Assembly: GCA_938017505.1 (NCBI GenBank)
Contig: CALIKV010000010.1
Span: 76,720 to 140,719, forward strand
DNA: 64,000 nt
Reading direction: 5' to 3'
DNA from: an uncultured Sulfolobales archaeon
GTDB taxonomy: Archaea > Thermoproteota > Thermoprotei_A > Sulfolobales > NBVN01
The position numbers were made by a program, and so were the translations under genes. This document shows positions 1 to 9,987 of this stretch, one piece after another. The stretch's first letter is position 1. Every line of letters starts with the position of its first letter. The notes beneath the pieces are model-generated. The model did not search any database, was not told the origin of the DNA, and saw only the letters and a list, made by a program, of their open reading frames with translations.

Positions 1-1487
1 TAACGCCTCTCACCGGCTGGGACTTACATGACGGTGCTGCATATATTACCAACCCGTACCAGAAGACGATAACGTCGGTGAGGATGACGTGGACCGCTGT
101 CGTAGCTCATTCACCACCAGGAGAGTTTTCAGGTGACGTAAGTTACGTGGAGAGTGACGAGGCAATACCGGACGACGTTGAGGTTGCCTTAACGAGCAAC
201 AGAAGTCTTGACATGTATCTAAGGCTTGCCGAGAAAGGGGCTAGAGCTATCCTCGTATATAGGAGGGACGCAGTGCCTGAGGGCATCCCTTACGTAGGGC
301 TCTTCCCACCCCCCTCAGAGCTCCCTAAAATGAAGGTTCCAGCGTTAAGCGTGTCACGCAGAGAAGCTGACAGGATTAGATGGCACATTGCAAGGGGGGA
401 GAGGGTTAAGGTCGAGGGGTTTGTTAAATCAAGCTACAGCGACCCAAGAGACGTTAAGGTCTTGTCTGCTGAGTTCGGGGACGGCTCAAATGAAGTACAC
501 TTGACAGCACATTACTGTCACCCCAGGGGGATGGTCAACGACAACGTAAGTGGTGCCGCCACATTGCTATTCATGGCAAGGGTCCTCAACGAGTCTCTCA
601 AAAAGACTAGGTGTGGTTTAGGGGGGAGGAAGCTCAGGTTTGTATGGTTTCCTGAACACTACGGGTCTGTGGCTTTAATTAGGAAGATCCTCGGCGAGGG
701 TTTCGAGGTATCGGGGGTGTTGAACCTAGATATGATAGGTGAGAAGCAGTGGATGACTGGCTCTATACTGAACTTCATAAGACCTCCAATTGCGTTGCTG
801 AGCAATTTCGAGGCACATGCGTTCAGGAACTTCTACTCAGGAATAAATAGAGGGTGGGGGTTGCCAGTCCTAAACAGCGTTAAGCCCTCTATGAGATTCG
901 ACATCAGACCGTACGTGGCGGGCAGTGATCATGACTCGTACATAGTCTTTGGTATTCCTGCGATCTCACTAACTAACTGGCCTGATAGGTTTTACCATAC
1001 AAGCCTTGACACCATAGACAAACTCAGCCCTATCAACGCATTGAAGGTAGGCTTCATGGCGCTTAAGACCGCGTTAACTTACACCCCAGGCGATGAATCT
1101 ACGCTGAGGCGGTATTCAGGCTTTGTGCAGGGCCTTGACTGCTTTAGGGCTAAATCAAGTGCTTTAACCACGCTACGTGGAAGGGTCTACGCAAGGTTGA
1201 GTGGTTCCCTGAGGTGCTGGGATTTACCTCGGAGGTCCGGACTCCCGTCAAGCCAGTACCTACTAAGAAATGCTGAGGATGTTGATTTACACGCGAGGAT
1301 AAAGAAACTGCTCAGCAGAGCATCTTGGGTCTCAACAGCCCTCATTACAGCGACGTTGTACTCATTATGTGGGGTTAATTCTAAAGACCTGATGAGGGTT
1401 CTTACCGCGGAGTTAGGTTTTAAAATGAGAGAGGACGACTACCTACTTATAACTAAGTGCATGGAGATCCTAGGCATCTCTTCATGA
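1..1487 (+). CDS. M28-family zinc aminopeptidase-like protein with PA domain (DUF4910-like), 5'-truncated by window
   Basis: HYCHP..VNDNVSG, PEHYGS, NLDMIG, GSDH and YHTSLD metal-binding motifs; frame is open upstream of 78 to the window start. Confidence 0.8.
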   Translation, partial: TPLTGWDLHDGAAYITNPYQKTITSVRMTWTAVVAHSPPGEFSGDVSYVESDEAIPDDVEVALTSNRSLDMYLRLAEKGARAILVYRRDAVPEGIPYVGLFPPPSELPKMKVPALSVSRREADRIRWHIARGERVKVEGFVKSSYSDPRDVKVLSAEFGDGSNEVHLTAHYCHPRGMVNDNVSGAATLLFMARVLNESLKKTRCGLGGRKLRFVWFPEHYGSVALIRKILGEGFEVSGVLNLDMIGEKQWMTGSILNFIRPPIALLSNFEAHAFRNFYSGINRGWGLPVLNSVKPSMRFDIRPYVAGSDHDSYIVFGIPAISLTNWPDRFYHTSLDTIDKLSPINALKVGFMALKTALTYTPGDESTLRRYSGFVQGLDCFRAKSSALTTLRGRVYARLSGSLRCWDLPRRSGLPSSQYLLRNAEDVDLHARIKKLLSRASWVSTALITATLYSLCGVNSKDLMRVLTAELGFKMREDDYLLITKCMEILGISS

Positions 1488-1497
1488 GGTCCGCCTC

Positions 1498-2040
1498 ATG
1501 TTACTGGTCTACTACGGTAAAGGTAAGGGTAAGACGACGGCCGCTCTTGGAACCGCGTTACGGGCGTTAGGTAGGGGTTGGAGGATTCTTATAGTTCGTT
1601 TCATGAAGGGGAACACAAGTGGGGAGTTCGTATTTATTAGCGAGTTATCTCGATTATTCAAAAATCGAATCTCCCTCGTGAGTCTGGGGGGCGAGGCTTT
1701 CGTCAACCCAGATGACCTAGGCGATTACAATGCCTCGCTAAGTATGGCGCTAAGTTACGGGTTTCTCACACACGTTTATCCCTTGATGATGCGTGAGCTA
1801 CGGCCTAAGTTGGTGATCCTTGATGAACTGGGGTTAGCTGTTCACATCGGGTTGGTCGATGAAGGCCTAGCTCTTAAGATACTAAGAGGTTTTGCAGGCA
1901 ATCAAGAGAGGCACGCCATACTCACCGGTCGTTACACGCCAAAGAGTCTGAGGGAGCTTGCTGACTTAGTTACGGAGTTCAGGGAAGTCAAACATTACTT
2001 CAGGAAAGGCTGTGTGAACGTTGAAGGACTGGACGTGTGA
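1498..2040 (+). CDS. cobO: cob(I)alamin adenosyltransferase (CobO/BtuR family)
   Basis: YYGKGKGKTTAALG P-loop, LVILDE, LTGR, ADLVTE...KHYF motifs. Confidence 0.9.
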   Translation: MLLVYYGKGKGKTTAALGTALRALGRGWRILIVRFMKGNTSGEFVFISELSRLFKNRISLVSLGGEAFVNPDDLGDYNASLSMALSYGFLTHVYPLMMRELRPKLVILDELGLAVHIGLVDEGLALKILRGFAGNQERHAILTGRYTPKSLRELADLVTEFREVKHYFRKGCVNVEGLDV

Positions 2041-2150
2041 CCGTCACGTGGAGCGTTCAAGCCATCCTGCTAAGTTCTTAGGGGCGGTTAAATTCACGCG
2101 TTCCACGAAGGCTTTTACTTTAAATTCCTCACGACATTGAAGCCTCTGGT

Positions 2151-4241
2151 CTAAGGGATGAAGAACTCATACATATTGTACGTCACTATGTAATAGGCGA
2201 AGACTAGCGAGACTATACTCATTAGCTTTATTAATATGTTTATTGAGGGCCCCGCTGCGTCCTTCATAGGATCGCCCACAGTATCTCCTATTACCGTCGC
2301 TTTATGGGCTTCACTACCTTTACCGCCGTGGTGCCCTCCCTCTATGTATTTCTTCGCGTTATCCCACGTGTTCCCGACGTTGCCTTGAAAGAGTCCTAGT
2401 AGTAATCCAGAGATAGTTGCAGCGAGCAACATACCGGCTAACCCGTGAGGCCCTAGAGTAAAACCGACTATAAGCGGTGTTGCAATCGCTATCAACCCGG
2501 GTAGGATGAGCCTCTTTATCGCGTAAGTCGTTACTATGGCTACGGCTCTCCCGTAATCAGGTCTCTCCCTGAATTCAAGTATCCCAGGTCTCTCCCTGAA
2601 CTGCCTCCTTATCTCCTCGATAAGGACGAAGGCCGCGTCGCTTACGGCTAGGACCACCACAGCGGTGAACACCGCCGGCATCACCACACCGATGAACATG
2701 CCTGAGACAAGCTTGGCATCCAGCACTGTTAGATTCTGGAACAACTTAGTCAGCTCTACACCGGTGTAGTGCTGAAGTATAGAGGCGTAAGCCCCTATGA
2801 AAGCTAGGGCCGTCAAGGCCGCAGACCCTATTGCAAACCCCTTGCTAACGGATTTCATAGTGTTACCGGCTGCGTCGAGCTTATCAGTTACCGTGCGCAC
2901 TTCATCGCCTAAGCCTGCCTGCTCGGCTATGCCGGCTGCGTTGTCAGTTATAGGCCCGTAAGCGTCAGCGCTGACGACGACTCCCGTTAGCGATAACATG
3001 CCAACAGCTGATAGGGCAACCCCGTAGATACCGAGCCAGAACTCCCGTGTGGGTAACCACAGCACGAGGAAGGACAGTAGTGACGCTATAGAGATCATGA
3101 GCGCTGGGATGAAAGCGCTTAGAAGCCCGTAAGCGAAGCCCGTGAGTATCGTTAGCGCCGGTCCTGCCTCGGACATCTTAGCGACTCTCCTGACCGGAGA
3201 GTACCTCGCGTTAGTGAAATAATCGCTTGTTAGACCTATCGCAACGCCTGCTATTAACCCCGCGATGACGACTGTCCAAACCCTAAACCCCAGCTCTCCG
3301 CCGATCAGTTGCGTTACCGTGAACACCGACATGACTGCTATGAGGATTGAGGCGGTTATTGTGGCTAACGTCAACGGTCTTGAGGGGTCGCCGCCCTCCC
3401 TAGTACGTACAACAAACGAGGATAGTATAGAAGCTATCACCCCGGCCGCAGCGACCAGCATGGGAATCAAAGCGAAGCTAACCCAGGAGTAAGTGCCGAG
3501 TCCCCTTAATTGAGTGGAGGCGATAACCATGGTAGAGATTATCGCACCTACGTAAGACTCGAAGAGATCGGCCCCCATCCCAGCCACATCGCCGACGTTA
3601 TCGCCGACGTTATCAGCTATGACGCCCGGGTTTCTGGGGTCGTCCTCAGGTATCCCGACCTCGACTTTACCGACCAAGTCAGATCCTATGTCAGCTGCCT
3701 TAGTGTAAATACCACCGCCGACTCTCGCGAAGAGAGCGACTGAAGAAGCGCCGAAACTGTATCCTATTATATCGTTTATGGCCTCGACGCTTTCACCGTA
3801 TACCACGTATTGAAGAGCTACTAATAACAACCCCACGCCAACGGTCATTAAGCCCATTACAAGACCTCCGTTAAACGCTAGTCTGAGTGCCTTATTGAGA
3901 CCCTTCTCCGCGGCCACGTTGGTTGTTCGTACGTTTGCGTTCACGGCTATTCTCATACCTACGTAGCCGGCGATTATCGAGGAAAGAGCTCCTAAAACGT
4001 AACTCAGGGACATCCTAAGGGTTCCGAATACCGCTAGGAGAATCGCCAGCACCACCGCTATGCTGAATATCACCGTGTATTGCTTCTTAAGGTACGCCCT
4101 AGCTCCCTCCTTAATAAACTCGTGGATCTCGATCATTCTGCCAGACCCTTTAGGTTCCTTAAGCACCCTGTAAGAAGTTATCAACGCGTAAACTATGGCG
4201 ATTAACGCAACCGCTAAAATGAAACCCTCTACATACCCCAT
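2151..4241 (-). CDS. hppA: membrane-bound H+-translocating pyrophosphatase
   Basis: GGGIYTKAADIGSDLVGKVE, IADNVGDNVGD, WDNAKK, GDTVGDPMKD motifs; many TM segments. Confidence 0.97.
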   Translation of the reverse strand: MGYVEGFILAVALIAIVYALITSYRVLKEPKGSGRMIEIHEFIKEGARAYLKKQYTVIFSIAVVLAILLAVFGTLRMSLSYVLGALSSIIAGYVGMRIAVNANVRTTNVAAEKGLNKALRLAFNGGLVMGLMTVGVGLLLVALQYVVYGESVEAINDIIGYSFGASSVALFARVGGGIYTKAADIGSDLVGKVEVGIPEDDPRNPGVIADNVGDNVGDVAGMGADLFESYVGAIISTMVIASTQLRGLGTYSWVSFALIPMLVAAAGVIASILSSFVVRTREGGDPSRPLTLATITASILIAVMSVFTVTQLIGGELGFRVWTVVIAGLIAGVAIGLTSDYFTNARYSPVRRVAKMSEAGPALTILTGFAYGLLSAFIPALMISIASLLSFLVLWLPTREFWLGIYGVALSAVGMLSLTGVVVSADAYGPITDNAAGIAEQAGLGDEVRTVTDKLDAAGNTMKSVSKGFAIGSAALTALAFIGAYASILQHYTGVELTKLFQNLTVLDAKLVSGMFIGVVMPAVFTAVVVLAVSDAAFVLIEEIRRQFRERPGILEFRERPDYGRAVAIVTTYAIKRLILPGLIAIATPLIVGFTLGPHGLAGMLLAATISGLLLGLFQGNVGNTWDNAKKYIEGGHHGGKGSEAHKATVIGDTVGDPMKDAAGPSINILIKLMSIVSLVFAYYIVTYNMYEFFIP

Positions 4242-4356
4242 ACATTACCCCTGTAGTGTTCGAGGAGGAAGACTTAAAAAAGCTTTGTTCAGGTTTATAA
4301 GTGGGTCTGTGTTACTCAGATAGTGACTGTGAAGTCGTAGAGGTGAAGTTGAGGAT

Positions 4357-5358
4357 TTGACGAGTCAGAGCACGTCGATATACACTAGAGCAGGGCTTGA
4401 CGAAGTCCTAGCTACAGCAATACTTTCAAATGTCCTGACCACCAAGGGGGCCAGGGTCTTTATAGAGTTCGTGCCTCAGCCATTGAGAAACCCCATAAAA
4501 ATAATCAAGAGCTATGCTGTCGGACTAACGCCTTCTCAAGTCGTAAGTCTAACCAATACGATAGGGTTTCATGTAGTCCCTGAGAAGAAACTTAGCGTAG
4601 TGACTAAGTACGATGAATCAGGTAGGGGGGAGGTTCTTATGAGTCTCTCAGAGACGAGCACACTAACCCAGACAGTCCTAGAGTACGTTGAGACGCTAAA
4701 CACTGTAGTAGAGATCCCTGATCAACTGCTTAAGGACGTCGTCTTTTACGTAACCGGGCGAGTGAGTGAAATGAGTAAGGTTGGTAAGGCGCTGACCAAA
4801 GCCGTTAAGATGAACTACAACTCAACCGACTTCTCAAACACCCTCTACATCTACTTCACAAACGTGATACGCACGAAGCTGTACAAGTTGAGCGCTGAAA
4901 TAGAGAGAGAAGCCGCCAAGCACGATGAGGCATTGAAGCTCATTGACGAATTGCTGAGGAGCGAGAACCTGATTCCCTACGGACCCTTAAGAGTTGCAGT
5001 AATATCACGCAGCTTTGATAAGCAGCTCATTAAGAATAATTACTGGTTGTTGAAGCCCCTGACTTACGACCTGTTGACCAGATTATGTAGGGAGGACGGC
5101 GTTGGGATGGTGGTCCTAGAGACGGAGTTAGGACACACGTTGAGGATATGCCTCGGGATCAAGGACATCAGCTTCGTCAACGTAATATCGTCCTTGCCTA
5201 GGGAGCTCTCCAGCGAGCTTAACGTAATGCTGAAGGGTAATCACGTGATGATTAAGTTCAAGGATCCTTCGAGGAGCTCCTTAGACGCTGTCTTGAACGT
5301 AGTTGACGTGATTGCCTCGAACATAGCACCCTTATTAATCAGGTCCTCGAGAACTTGA
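4357..5358 (+). CDS. hypothetical protein (possibly degenerate DHH-like fold)
   Basis: 333-aa ORF with GAGG SD, 6 nt upstream of the epimerase; weak resemblance of DEVLATAILS to DHH motif I. Confidence 0.6.
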   Translation: MTSQSTSIYTRAGLDEVLATAILSNVLTTKGARVFIEFVPQPLRNPIKIIKSYAVGLTPSQVVSLTNTIGFHVVPEKKLSVVTKYDESGRGEVLMSLSETSTLTQTVLEYVETLNTVVEIPDQLLKDVVFYVTGRVSEMSKVGKALTKAVKMNYNSTDFSNTLYIYFTNVIRTKLYKLSAEIEREAAKHDEALKLIDELLRSENLIPYGPLRVAVISRSFDKQLIKNNYWLLKPLTYDLLTRLCREDGVGMVVLETELGHTLRICLGIKDISFVNVISSLPRELSSELNVMLKGNHVMIKFKDPSRSSLDAVLNVVDVIASNIAPLLIRSSRT

Positions 5359-5364
5359 TAGGAT

Positions 5365-6351
5365 GTGTTGATGAAGGCCATAGTCACTGGCGGGGCTGGC
5401 TTCATAGGCTCTCACGTAGTTGAAAGCCTGGTGAATGAAGGCTATGAAGTATTAGTCGTGGATAATCTAAGCTCAGGTAGGTTGGGGAACATCAAGCCCG
5501 CGTTGGAGAGCGGTAAAGCTAAGCTCTTAGTTAAGGATTTAAAAGTGTTTGATGAGGGGTTTAAATCCGTTTTCAGAGATGTTGATGTTGTTTACCATTT
5601 CGCGGCAAACCCTGAAGTCAGGATATCTACGACCGAACCACGAATACATTTCGAGGAGAACGTCGTAGTCACTTTCAACGTGCTTGAGGGTTGTAGGATC
5701 GGGGATGTGAAGGAGTTGGTCTTCGCCAGCTCATCAACCGTTTACGGTGATGCAGACGTTCTTCCAACACCAGAGGATCACCCAACGAAACCTATATCTA
5801 TTTATGGAGTCTCTAAGCTCATGTCGGAGAACCTGGTGGCGACCTACAGTACCGTATACGGTGTTAGGTCGTTGATCTTAAGGTTCGCGAATATAGTGGG
5901 TCCTAGGCAGACTCACGGGGTTGTGATAGATTTCATTGAGAAGCTGAAGAGCAACTCAGAGAGACTTGAGATCCTGGGCGACGGAACCCAGAGGAAATCC
6001 TACCTACACGTTAAAGATCTCATCACCGGAATGGATAAGGCCCTTAGACATATTAGAAACGCAGGAAGGTATTACGAGGTTTACAACATAGGTAATGTTG
6101 ACTGGGTGTCAGTCAAGGAGATAGCCGATTTAGTGGTTGAGGAGATGAGATTAGATAAAGTAACTTACGTATACACACCAGCAACCCCTGATGGCAGGGG
6201 TTGGGTAGGGGATGTCAAGTTCATGTTGCTTGACGTTAGGAAGTTGATGAGCTTAGGATGGCATCCCACCTTAACGTCTAGGGAGGCGTTAAGAGAGGCT
6301 ATAAGGTGGTTGCTAGGAGGAACTCTTAATATACACGCGGATGCGCTGTGA
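5365..6351 (+). CDS. galE: NAD-dependent epimerase/dehydratase (UDP-glucose 4-epimerase-like)
   Basis: TGGAGFIGSH, HFAA, SSSTVYG, YGVSK catalytic motif. Confidence 0.85.
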   Translation: MLMKAIVTGGAGFIGSHVVESLVNEGYEVLVVDNLSSGRLGNIKPALESGKAKLLVKDLKVFDEGFKSVFRDVDVVYHFAANPEVRISTTEPRIHFEENVVVTFNVLEGCRIGDVKELVFASSSTVYGDADVLPTPEDHPTKPISIYGVSKLMSENLVATYSTVYGVRSLILRFANIVGPRQTHGVVIDFIEKLKSNSERLEILGDGTQRKSYLHVKDLITGMDKALRHIRNAGRYYEVYNIGNVDWVSVKEIADLVVEEMRLDKVTYVYTPATPDGRGWVGDVKFMLLDVRKLMSLGWHPTLTSREALREAIRWLLGGTLNIHADAL

Positions 6352-6379
6352 ACGTTGAGGTAAACTTAGGAAGCCTTGT

Positions 6380-8602
6380 TTAGTAGGGGGATATAAAGTC
6401 CTCAGGTCTCGGCGGCTCTGGCTTCAGTCCCTTTCTCTGTCTTATACGAGCGATTATGTCAGGTAGTAAGGACTCAGGAACTGGTGCCCACCTGCTGAAT
6501 TCAGTGCCCCAGAAAGCTCTGCCGGCAGTAGCTGATCTCAGGTCATTGGCTAGATCCAGAGACTCCGCCACCGGTATTTCAGCTATAACTCTTGCTACGT
6601 TGCCACTGGAGGTTATCATGTCTAGGACCCTACCTCTCTTCTTAGCGATGACCGAGACCGCCGAGCTCATTAAATCCACGGGGACTCTAACATCCATCTT
6701 TTGTATCGGTTCTAGCAGGGTCGGCTTAGATAGCAACATGCCGGCGTAGATGGGGTTTCTGACGGCTGGGAATATCTGGGCTGGTCCTCTGTGCGCTGGA
6801 TCCTCGTGAACAACAGCGTCGTGAAGAACCACTTTCACACCTCTCACCTTCTCCATAGCAATTGGACCTTCATTCATGGCTAGTCTGAAACCCTGTATCA
6901 CGGTGTCTTTGATCTCCCTTAAGTATTGGATACCGGTAGTCATGTCAACGAAGACGTTGATCCCCTCGTCAATCGCCCATATTCTCTTACCCTCATCGTA
7001 ATCCCATCCAGCCTGATCCCTTAGAACCCTTGCCATCTCTCTTGAATCCATATTCTCAGTTATCGCTCCTTGCTGAATGAGTGAAACGGTCTCGTCGTTA
7101 AGAGGCTCGACACTTATGTAGAACTTGTTGTGCTTGTTCGGTGACTTGCCCTCGAGGACCTGGGACGGGGCCCTTATAGCCTCTCTGTACACTATCACGG
7201 GCGGTGTTGTGTCAACTTCCACTCCGTAATTCTCTTTAAGTAACGTTAAAGTGATCTCCAAGTGTAGGGGTCCCATACCAGCCAAAAGATATTCACCTGT
7301 CTCTTCATTTATCTTGACTATTAGATTTGGATCCTCTATAGCCATCTTCCTCAGGGAGTCTATGAGTTTCGTTAGATCCTGAGTCTTCTTAGGCTCCACC
7401 GCCATAGTCACAACAGGTTCGGTCACGTACCTAAGTCTTTCGAAGGGTGCCGCCACTTCTTTGAACCTCAAATCAACCGCGGTCTCACCGGCTCTAGCTC
7501 TATCCAGTCCTAGCACAGCGCCTATATTACCTGCTGAGACGAATTCTACCTGCTCTCTGAACGGGCCCATGTAGAGCGAGACTTGAAGCACTTTCTGTGG
7601 CGTTCTTGAATTAACCAACCAGACCTCTTCACCAGACCTTAGAGTACCGGACATAACCCTTCCAGTAGCCACAAAGCCTGCATGGGGATCCAGCCTCATG
7701 TCGTTTATCATAAAGACTATGGGTCCCTTTGCGTTGACTTCTATCATGGCTCTGCCTAGCTCCGTATTTATATCGCCCTTCCATATCTTCGGTATCCTGT
7801 ACCTCTGCGCCTCCATGGGATTAGGCACGTTAGCGATCACCGATTCTAGGAGGGTCTCATGCAACGGCGCTATCTTCTGGAACTCCTCCACTGCCTCCCT
7901 ACCATCCTCGTAAGCCTTAATCAAGTCCATCACGTTAACGCCCTTCTTCTGAGCGTGGGGGACTGTTAACCCTATCTTGTCCTTCGCAGACCCGAAAATC
8001 ACCTGACCCTTCGAAACGTCCAGAACCCACTTCTCCCTGAATTCGGGATCAGCATTCTCCATTATAAGTCTGTTGACCTCCTTTATAATGTCCACGAACC
8101 TCTTCTGTATCTCCTGGGGTGATAGCTTCAGCTCTTTTATGAGCCTGTCTATTTTATTTATGAAGAGAAGCGGTCTCACCCTCTCCTCAAGGGATTGTCT
8201 GAGTACGGTCTCCGTTTGCGTCATCACCCCTTCTACAGCGTCGACGACCACTATCGCACCGTCAAGAACGCGTAGGGATCTCGTGACCTTGCCCGAGAAA
8301 TCAACGTGACCGGGTGTGTCAATGAGGTTTACGACGTAGCTCCTACCCCCCAACTCGTGATATAGGCTTATATTCGCTGCTTTAACGGTAACGCCTCTTT
8401 TCTGCTCGACGTCGAGGTAGTCAAGAGCTAGTGCCTCTCCAGCCATTTTAGCAGATATTATACCTGCAGCTGCTAGCAGGACATCGGATGTTGTTGTTTT
8501 ACCGTGATCTACATGAGCTATTATGCCTATGTTCCTCACATGCTCTAAATTACTCATTATCCTCTGTATCTGATCCACCGTCTTGTACCTAGGCATGCTC
8601 AC
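6380..8602 (-). CDS. fusA: translation elongation factor 2
   Basis: [18 protein letters not shown] and the diphthamide loop HEDPAHRG. Confidence 0.98.
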   Translation of the reverse strand: MSMPRYKTVDQIQRIMSNLEHVRNIGIIAHVDHGKTTTSDVLLAAAGIISAKMAGEALALDYLDVEQKRGVTVKAANISLYHELGGRSYVVNLIDTPGHVDFSGKVTRSLRVLDGAIVVVDAVEGVMTQTETVLRQSLEERVRPLLFINKIDRLIKELKLSPQEIQKRFVDIIKEVNRLIMENADPEFREKWVLDVSKGQVIFGSAKDKIGLTVPHAQKKGVNVMDLIKAYEDGREAVEEFQKIAPLHETLLESVIANVPNPMEAQRYRIPKIWKGDINTELGRAMIEVNAKGPIVFMINDMRLDPHAGFVATGRVMSGTLRSGEEVWLVNSRTPQKVLQVSLYMGPFREQVEFVSAGNIGAVLGLDRARAGETAVDLRFKEVAAPFERLRYVTEPVVTMAVEPKKTQDLTKLIDSLRKMAIEDPNLIVKINEETGEYLLAGMGPLHLEITLTLLKENYGVEVDTTPPVIVYREAIRAPSQVLEGKSPNKHNKFYISVEPLNDETVSLIQQGAITENMDSREMARVLRDQAGWDYDEGKRIWAIDEGINVFVDMTTGIQYLREIKDTVIQGFRLAMNEGPIAMEKVRGVKVVLHDAVVHEDPAHRGPAQIFPAVRNPIYAGMLLSKPTLLEPIQKMDVRVPVDLMSSAVSVIAKKRGRVLDMITSSGNVARVIAEIPVAESLDLANDLRSATAGRAFWGTEFSRWAPVPESLLPDIIARIRQRKGLKPEPPRPEDFISPY

Positions 8603-8788
8603 TACCTACAGAACTAATTTTAAGGAAGTTATAAGCTTAACTTAGTGCTTGGTATCACGTCTTTGTTACTCGCCCCTCGTAGTACGGCACGTATCGCTTT
8701 CCCTCATAACGCACCCACATTTCCAGATAACTTAACTTATACGAGGCTCTATCAACGGTTTTATACAACGTTTCTTTAGGGTTCTTGA

Positions 8789-9047
8789 GCTATGTAGTCT
8801 TGTAGTCCTTGCTTTCTTCATTCGTAGAGGGTTTTAGGAGCGAACCCGCTCCCCGCGTCCGAGGGCTCTCCACCCTCATAGGAAGCCGTTATTGTCACGT
8901 ACTCCAGGCGACTTGGAACTGGTTGAATGGGGGTCAGCTCCTCATTGTCATCCATCGTTGTAGACTAGTTAACGCAGGGGAAATGATGGATCTTTTACCA
9001 TATGTAGTCTGTCGATACAGTCTTTGAACCCGACTGCAAGAGATGGT
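8789..9047 (+). ncRNA. candidate ~260-nt structured non-coding RNA (RNA A)
   Basis: TTTTATA at 8759-8765; terminal helix 8798-8807/9032-9041; helices 8815-8824/8924-8933 and 8950-8959/8982-8991; no convincing ORF. Confidence 0.5.
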
Positions 9048-9056
9048 GGTTATTCC

Positions 9057-9788
9057 TCACTGGTCCGGCTTATCCCCCTTCCTAAGGAACCTCTCGAGGG
9101 TAGTGCTTGAAGGGCCTGAGGAGCCTTCATCAACTACTCTCTTAAACAACTTAACCCTATCCTCGGTCATCCCCTCCACTCTCAGTAGTTCTGTAGCGTG
9201 AGCGTTTATGACCGCCTTTAAGCTGCCGAACTTGTGCAGAAGCCTCTCGGCTAAGGTAGGCCCTACCTTAGGGAAGGACGAGAGAATGTAGACCTGCCAC
9301 GACCTCACGTCCTCCGTCTTAGGTTTCTTACTCTTTCTGTAGGTGGGTAGCAACATAGCTTTTTTCTTACTTGCGCTCTCTTTCCTCGCTCTCTGAATTC
9401 TTTCAGCCACGTATCTCAAAAGCTCAGCCGTATGCTTGGAATCTCTCGTATAGAGGACTGGTATATTGAAGGATAGGACAGCGGATATGAGCGCTGCTTC
9501 AATGGGCCTAGGATTCTCAACATATCTACCCAGGTTAAACACATCACCCTCTACTATGAGGACGGGTTTGCCCTTCTCAAGACTCTTCAGCCTCTTCAAC
9601 TGATCGAAAAACCTGCCCTCATAAACGGACCTGACTAAATCATCGATTCTTTTTCGTTCTATGAATACGTCGTCAATCGCGTAATCGCCAACATCAAGAA
9701 CTTTAAAAACTAGGGAGACCCCCATGCTTGATAAGTTAAGTGGTACGTCCGAAGACTTCTCACGCTCGTCCACGTAGATCTTAACCAT
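9057..9788 (-). CDS. xpf: XPF/ERCC4 structure-specific endonuclease, short crenarchaeal form
   Basis: VDERE, GDY, IERKR..D nuclease motifs, tandem HhH, C-terminal TLERFL PIP-like box. Confidence 0.93.
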   Translation of the reverse strand: MVKIYVDEREKSSDVPLNLSSMGVSLVFKVLDVGDYAIDDVFIERKRIDDLVRSVYEGRFFDQLKRLKSLEKGKPVLIVEGDVFNLGRYVENPRPIEAALISAVLSFNIPVLYTRDSKHTAELLRYVAERIQRARKESASKKKAMLLPTYRKSKKPKTEDVRSWQVYILSSFPKVGPTLAERLLHKFGSLKAVINAHATELLRVEGMTEDRVKLFKRVVDEGSSGPSSTTLERFLRKGDKPDQ

Positions 9789-9794
9789 TGACGA

Positions 9795-9930
9795 CCCCTC
9801 CGCTCAGAGTTAACGTGTACCCGTCCTCGAGATTCAGGCGGTAAGTCCGTCGGGAAGGCTCATGCACGGGAACGCCTCGAGAAACGGTCAAGTTATCTGA
9901 GCATAGAGCCATGCGTTCTATGAATCACCA
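9795..9930 (-). promoter_or_regulatory. structured 5' leader of xpf (or small RNA)
   Basis: TTTTAAA 9960-9954; long interrupted hairpin closed by 9902-9896/9808-9802 just before the GGAGG SD. Confidence 0.35.
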
Positions 9931-9987
9931 CCAACGTACTTTCGATTCAAGCGTTTAAAATCGCGCTCAGCCCTAGAGACACGGTCT

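Noticed and set aside
8950..9012. Group I intron core
   Set aside because: Only a P7-like pairing is present; no bulged G-site geometry, P4-P6 motifs or host exons
8809..9027. 72-aa ORF
   Set aside because: TTG start without SD, atypical composition, coincides with the structured RNA candidate
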